Below are positions 27,563 to 31,390 of a stretch of 31,390 nt of DNA, piece after piece. How positions within the stretch are numbered: position 1 is the first letter of the stretch; each line of letters opens with the position of its first letter. Made by a program: the position numbers and the translations under genes. Source of the DNA: Granulicella sp. GTDB taxonomy: Bacteria > Acidobacteriota > Terriglobia > Terriglobales > Acidobacteriaceae. The stretch spans positions 1 through 31,390 of the forward strand of contig DAHWNL010000027.1 of assembly GCA_027339965.1 (NCBI GenBank), read 5' to 3'. Under the pieces are notes generated by a model. It saw only the letters and a program-made list of their open reading frames with translations. It did no database searches and was not told the origin of the DNA.

Positions 27563-28597
27563 ATGAAAGCGTTAGTGAAGAGCAGGGCAGAGAAGGGGCT
27601 GTGGCTGGAAGAGATTGCCATACCCGAGATCGGCATCAATGACGTGTTGATCCGGGTACGATATACGGGCATCTGTGGGACGGATGTGCATATCTATCAG
27701 TGGGATGAGTGGGCACAAAAGACCATTCCGGTGCCGATGGCCATTGGGCACGAGTTTGTGGGTGAGATCGTTGAAGTGGGCTCGAATGTGAATGATTTCT
27801 TCCCTGGCGACATTGTCAGCGGGGAGGGCCATGTCACCTGTGGCAGGTGCAGAAACTGCCTGGCGGGAAGGCGTCACCTGTGCGCGCACACCCTGGGCGT
27901 GGGGGTGAACCGCCCCGGAGCGTTTGCTGAATTCATCTCTTTGCCGATGACCAATCTATGGCGGCACAATGCCGGTATCCGGCAGGAGGTGGCGGCGATC
28001 TTTGATCCATTTGGCAACGCGGTTCATACTGCGCTTTCCTTCCCGGTGCTGGGAGAAGATGTGCTGATTACGGGCGCCGGACCGATTGGCATCATGGCGA
28101 TTCCTGTGGTTCGGCATGCAGGCGCGCGCCACGTGGTGATTACAGACATGAACCCCTATCGACTGGAGTTGGCCCGCAGGATGGGTGCGACGCTGGCCGT
28201 GAATCCAGTGGAGACGCCGGTCGCAGAGGTCCAGAAGCAACTAAGAATGCAGGAGGGCTTCGATGTGGGGCTGGAGATGTCCGGCAGTTCGCATGCGCTG
28301 CGCGAGATGATCTCCAACATGTCCCATGGAGGCAAGATCGCGATTCTGGGGATTCCTCCAACGGAGGCTCCGATGAACTGGCGTGAGGTGATCTTCAACA
28401 TGCTCACGATCAAGGGAATCTACGGCCGGGAGATGTATGAGACCTGGTACAAGATGTCCGTGATGCTGGAAAGCGGAGTGGATATTTCTCCCGTCATTAC
28501 GCATCGCTATGCCTATCAAGAGTTCGAGCAGGGCTTTGCGGCGATGATCTCCGGACAGACAGGCAAGGTGGTGTTGGACTGGACGAGCCTGACCTAG
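27563..28597 (+). CDS. tdh: L-threonine 3-dehydrogenase
   Basis: [33 protein letters not shown]...[33 protein letters not shown]. Start may be ATG 27524. Confidence 0.96.
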   Translation: MKALVKSRAEKGLWLEEIAIPEIGINDVLIRVRYTGICGTDVHIYQWDEWAQKTIPVPMAIGHEFVGEIVEVGSNVNDFFPGDIVSGEGHVTCGRCRNCLAGRRHLCAHTLGVGVNRPGAFAEFISLPMTNLWRHNAGIRQEVAAIFDPFGNAVHTALSFPVLGEDVLITGAGPIGIMAIPVVRHAGARHVVITDMNPYRLELARRMGATLAVNPVETPVAEVQKQLRMQEGFDVGLEMSGSSHALREMISNMSHGGKIAILGIPPTEAPMNWREVIFNMLTIKGIYGREMYETWYKMSVMLESGVDISPVITHRYAYQEFEQGFAAMISGQTGKVVLDWTSLT

Positions 28598-29004
28598 TCT
28601 CTTCGCATATCCTCTGGAGCAGAAGCAGCTCACGAGGCAGGCCGGGTTGCATCCTGCTGTCACGGACCAGGCAAGGAACCATGGCCGGCGCGGCGGAGGC
28701 CCGTCAGCGCAGGCCTTGTGTGGGGCTGTGAAGGGATGCGCAAACGGAGAGCAGACGGAGAGAGGATCCATTCAAGCGCTCCGCGGACGGGTATGCCTCG
28801 CGAGTTGCTTCAAGGTGTTTTCAACAAACTCATGGCGGCTCAGGTTCTGGTAGACTTGAGGTTGTTGATGGCACGGTTGAGCCCCGCATCTGGGATCGTG
28901 GTCTCCCTTAGACCATGGCACCGGCATTGACAGCGCGGAAGGTAGCGAGGGTTGTACAACGCTTCCTTCTCTGCATTGGAAGCCCAAGTGAGTGAAAAGC
29001 TTCT

Positions 29005-29082
<78 letters not shown>

Positions 29083-29134
29083 TACATTCCAAAGCACTTA
29101 CGGAATATATGGGACCCAAGTGACAGTATTCCGC

Positions 29135-29156
29135 GGGTACAATAAGGGTACAATAA
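29135..29156 (+). repeat. Perfect 11-bp tandem repeat GGGTACAATAA x2
   Basis: Copies at 29135-29145 and 29146-29156, between tRNA-Asp and the integrase stop. Confidence 0.85.
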
Positions 29157-29161
29157 GCCCG

Positions 29162-30352
29162 TTATTGTGCGATTCGCGGGTATGTTTCCACACCCGTTTT
29201 ACCCACGCCCGGCACCATCATCTTTACAACCTTGCTCTGCGCCGCGCGTTTGGTCGAGTTCACCGCCTGGGTGTAGACATCCAGCGTGATCCGACTGTTG
29301 GCGTGACGCAATAGCTCCTGGACGGTCTTCACATCTTCCCCGTTGTCCTTCAGCAGCGTGCCGAAGGTGTGGCGGAAGGTGTGCCAACCGATGTTCTTGT
29401 GGATGCCGTTTGCTCTCGCAACCGGCTTGATGTACCGCTTCATCAGGTTGTCCGGCCAGTAGGGCTGCTTGCCCTGCATGGACGGACTGGCAAAGACCCA
29501 GTCTCCTTGCATCGGATACGGGCTGATGCGCCGCCAGCGCAGCAGGTCCTCAGCCATGTAGTCGTCGAGAGGAACCGGCTTGGCAGAGGCTTCCGTCTTG
29601 CACTCCCCCACCACCTGATGCCAGATGGAACGAGTCACATTCAGCTCAAGAGCCTTGAAGTCCACATCGTCCCAGCGCAGTGCCAGCAATTCGCTAACGC
29701 GAAGCCCGGTCGCTGCGTCGAGCAGAACCAACGTCCTCTCCCGCAGTTCGAGCTTGCTGAGGAGGAGTTTGATCTCTGAGAGGTCGAGAACCTCGGGAAC
29801 CCGCTCCCGCTTCGCACTTTGACGCACGAGCTTGATGGGGTTGGTGTCCACCCACTCGTACCGCATCGCGTGATGAAAGAGAGCGCTCATCAGGTTCCGA
29901 ATCTTGGCCCGTGTGGCCCTTGCCCGCTTGATGCCGTCCAGCCATTCTTCCATTGCGACCGGCTTTACCTGTTCGAGCCGGAAACTTCCCCAACGGGGCA
30001 GTATCCATTTCTGCAGGTAGCATTCGTAGCCAGCGCGTGTCGAGAACGCCTTCCGCCCTCGGCTCTCCACGGCCAGTTCTTTTAACCGATAGTGAGCGAT
30101 GAGTTCAGCGATTGTGCTCGGCCCGCTGTCCACTTGCGGGGTTTGTTGGTTGGCGTCGATGCGCAACGCACGAGCTGCTTTGAGGGCCATCGCTTCAGTT
30201 GGCAATACCTGGACCGTTCCCACGATTGCCTTCCGATGCTTGCTACTGCCATCAGAACCAGACTCCCACCAGCGGAAGACCCATACATCCGGGCCGCTCC
30301 GCCGTTTTTCGCGTTGCACGCTTCCTTGTTGATACCGTGTTCGCCTGTTCAT
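29162..30352 (-). CDS. Tyrosine recombinase / site-specific integrase
   Basis: Intact catalytic set: TGLRVSE (R), CKT (K), HTFRH (HxxR), LLRH (H), DVY (Y). N-terminal arm-binding-like segment RYQQGSV...WVFRW. GGAG SD. Confidence 0.95.
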   Translation of the reverse strand: MNRRTRYQQGSVQREKRRSGPDVWVFRWWESGSDGSSKHRKAIVGTVQVLPTEAMALKAARALRIDANQQTPQVDSGPSTIAELIAHYRLKELAVESRGRKAFSTRAGYECYLQKWILPRWGSFRLEQVKPVAMEEWLDGIKRARATRAKIRNLMSALFHHAMRYEWVDTNPIKLVRQSAKRERVPEVLDLSEIKLLLSKLELRERTLVLLDAATGLRVSELLALRWDDVDFKALELNVTRSIWHQVVGECKTEASAKPVPLDDYMAEDLLRWRRISPYPMQGDWVFASPSMQGKQPYWPDNLMKRYIKPVARANGIHKNIGWHTFRHTFGTLLKDNGEDVKTVQELLRHANSRITLDVYTQAVNSTKRAAQSKVVKMMVPGVGKTGVETYPRIAQ

Positions 30353-30426
30353 TGTTCTCCATTCCCAGGCGGCACGAATGGCTTACTCCAAGGATAAGGC
30401 CGCCTGCGGTAGAGGTCGAGTGAATT

Positions 30427-30744
30427 TCAACTGGCCATCTGCTGAGCGATCCATGCCTCGATCACCGACGCCCGAAAACGCCAGAGCTTTCCAACGTGAA
30501 CTCCGGGAATGCGGCCTTGGCGTGCGAGCTTCTGGAGTGTCTTGGGATGAACCTTCATGATGGCCGCAGCTTGTTCACTATCGAGAAGAGGCTCCGGCGT
30601 CCACGACTCTGAAACAGGCGGCTTGCGGACGGTATTCGAGATTGCTGAGTTTGCAGTGATGCTCGGATTCACGCTCTGGCTGGAAACGAACATTGAGACC
30701 CCCGTCGCTGAAATCGCACCCGTGTCGATGGTGCGGCTATGCAT
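30427..30744 (-). CDS. Excisionase-like helix-turn-helix protein
   Basis: LLDSEQAAAIMKVHPKTLQKLARQGRIPGVHVGKLWRF matches the MerR-like/Xis HTH pattern. Lies directly upstream of the integrase. Confidence 0.85.
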   Translation of the reverse strand: MHSRTIDTGAISATGVSMFVSSQSVNPSITANSAISNTVRKPPVSESWTPEPLLDSEQAAAIMKVHPKTLQKLARQGRIPGVHVGKLWRFRASVIEAWIAQQMAS

Positions 30745-30798
30745 GGTCTTTGTCCAATCCTTCTTCTTTATCGCGTAATAGATTGCATAGATGGCGGC

Positions 30799-30829
30799 AT
30801 AAACGCGCTTTATAGCCGTCTGTCATAAA
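30799..30829. promoter_or_regulatory. Putative LysR-type operator
   Basis: ATAAA-CGCGC-TTTAT dyad (T-N11-A, 30799-30813), followed by a further ATAAA half-site at 30825-30829, between divergent xis and lysR. Confidence 0.55.
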
Positions 30830-31011
30830 CAATTTCCCTCAGAGTTTTACTGATACCAATAAAACATGGTGAATTTGTATGCGAGAGTCTTGACGTCCGG
30901 ATCAAGTTGAGCGGGAAATAGAATGAAGTAGAGTTGCATCTCTTGTTCGACTATTTTCCCTTGCCTTGTGCTGTTGACCACGATCCAGGTTGAGCTTCTC
31001 GGTGGTGCAGC

Positions 31012-31390
31012 ATGTATGAGCTTGTCGAGTTCCGCCATTTGAGGTCGTTTCTGACGGTTGCGCGCGAAGGCAATTTCACCCGCGCTGCCGACCGTCTTCA
31101 TCTCACTCAGCCCGCGTTGAGCACACAGATCAAGCAGATAGAAGACGGGATTCCAGCCCAGCTGTTTGTCCGAGAGAAGACCGGGGTCACGCTAACGCCC
31201 GCAGGCGCGGCGTTGCTTGCCTACGCCGAACAGGCTTTGCGTAAGCGCGACCAGACATTCGACGCAGTGCAAGCTATCGATCGTGGCACTGCTCCGCCGC
31301 TTGCATTGGGCTTCTCTCTGTTCATCGAACACGCTCTGGTGGAGCGCACCTTTGCGAGCTATCAAAGGCTCTTCCCAGAGAGCGAGATTC
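31012..31390 (+). CDS. LysR-family transcriptional regulator (truncated by the window end; absent from the ORF track)
   Basis: Manual translation: MYELVEFRHLRSFLTVAREGNFTRAADRLHLTQPALSTQIKQIEDGIPAQLFVREKTGVTLTPAG..., a classic LTTR winged HTH. Confidence 0.93.
   Translation, partial: MYELVEFRHLRSFLTVAREGNFTRAADRLHLTQPALSTQIKQIEDGIPAQLFVREKTGVTLTPAGAALLAYAEQALRKRDQTFDAVQAIDRGTAPPLALGFSLFIEHALVERTFASYQRLFPESEI

Larger units (their letters stand above)
29083..31390. mobile_element. End of an integrative element or genomic island at tRNA-Asp (continues beyond the window)
   Basis: Integrase and xis-like gene directly after the tRNA 3' end, with AT-richer intergenic DNA. The second att copy is not visible in this window. 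Confidence 0.75.

Overview
GC-rich bacterial chromosomal segment, probably Acidobacteriota (Acidobacteriaceae-like). That assignment is inferred from gene content and protein style, not from a search. About 29 kb is housekeeping or conserved accessory DNA: pirin, uvrC, a mazG-GNAT-NSAR/OSBS cluster, bactofilin plus a methyltransferase-like gene, a small basic AT-hook protein, lnt, prfB (programmed +1 frameshift), SET-domain gene, dnaX-ybaB-recR, TPR protein, ccmF-ccmH, a receiver-only response regulator, a Hanks kinase-TPR, bshA, an HpnK/ChbG deacetylase, tRNA-Val, tdh and tRNA-Asp. From about 29083 to the end lies the edge of an element integrated at tRNA-Asp: tyrosine integrase, excisionase-like HTH and a divergent LysR regulator truncated by the window. 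Best leads: (1) the LysR/xis/int module with a LysR-type operator, an xis-int hairpin and tandem arm-like repeats; (2) a multi-helix RNA candidate upstream of dnaX that lacks the SRP motif; (3) an H-NS/Lsr2-like AT-hook protein, possibly linked to the SET methyltransferase; (4) a succinyltransferase/racemase pair coupled to mazG; (5) a recurrent leaderless-mRNA signature. None of these could be checked computationally here.
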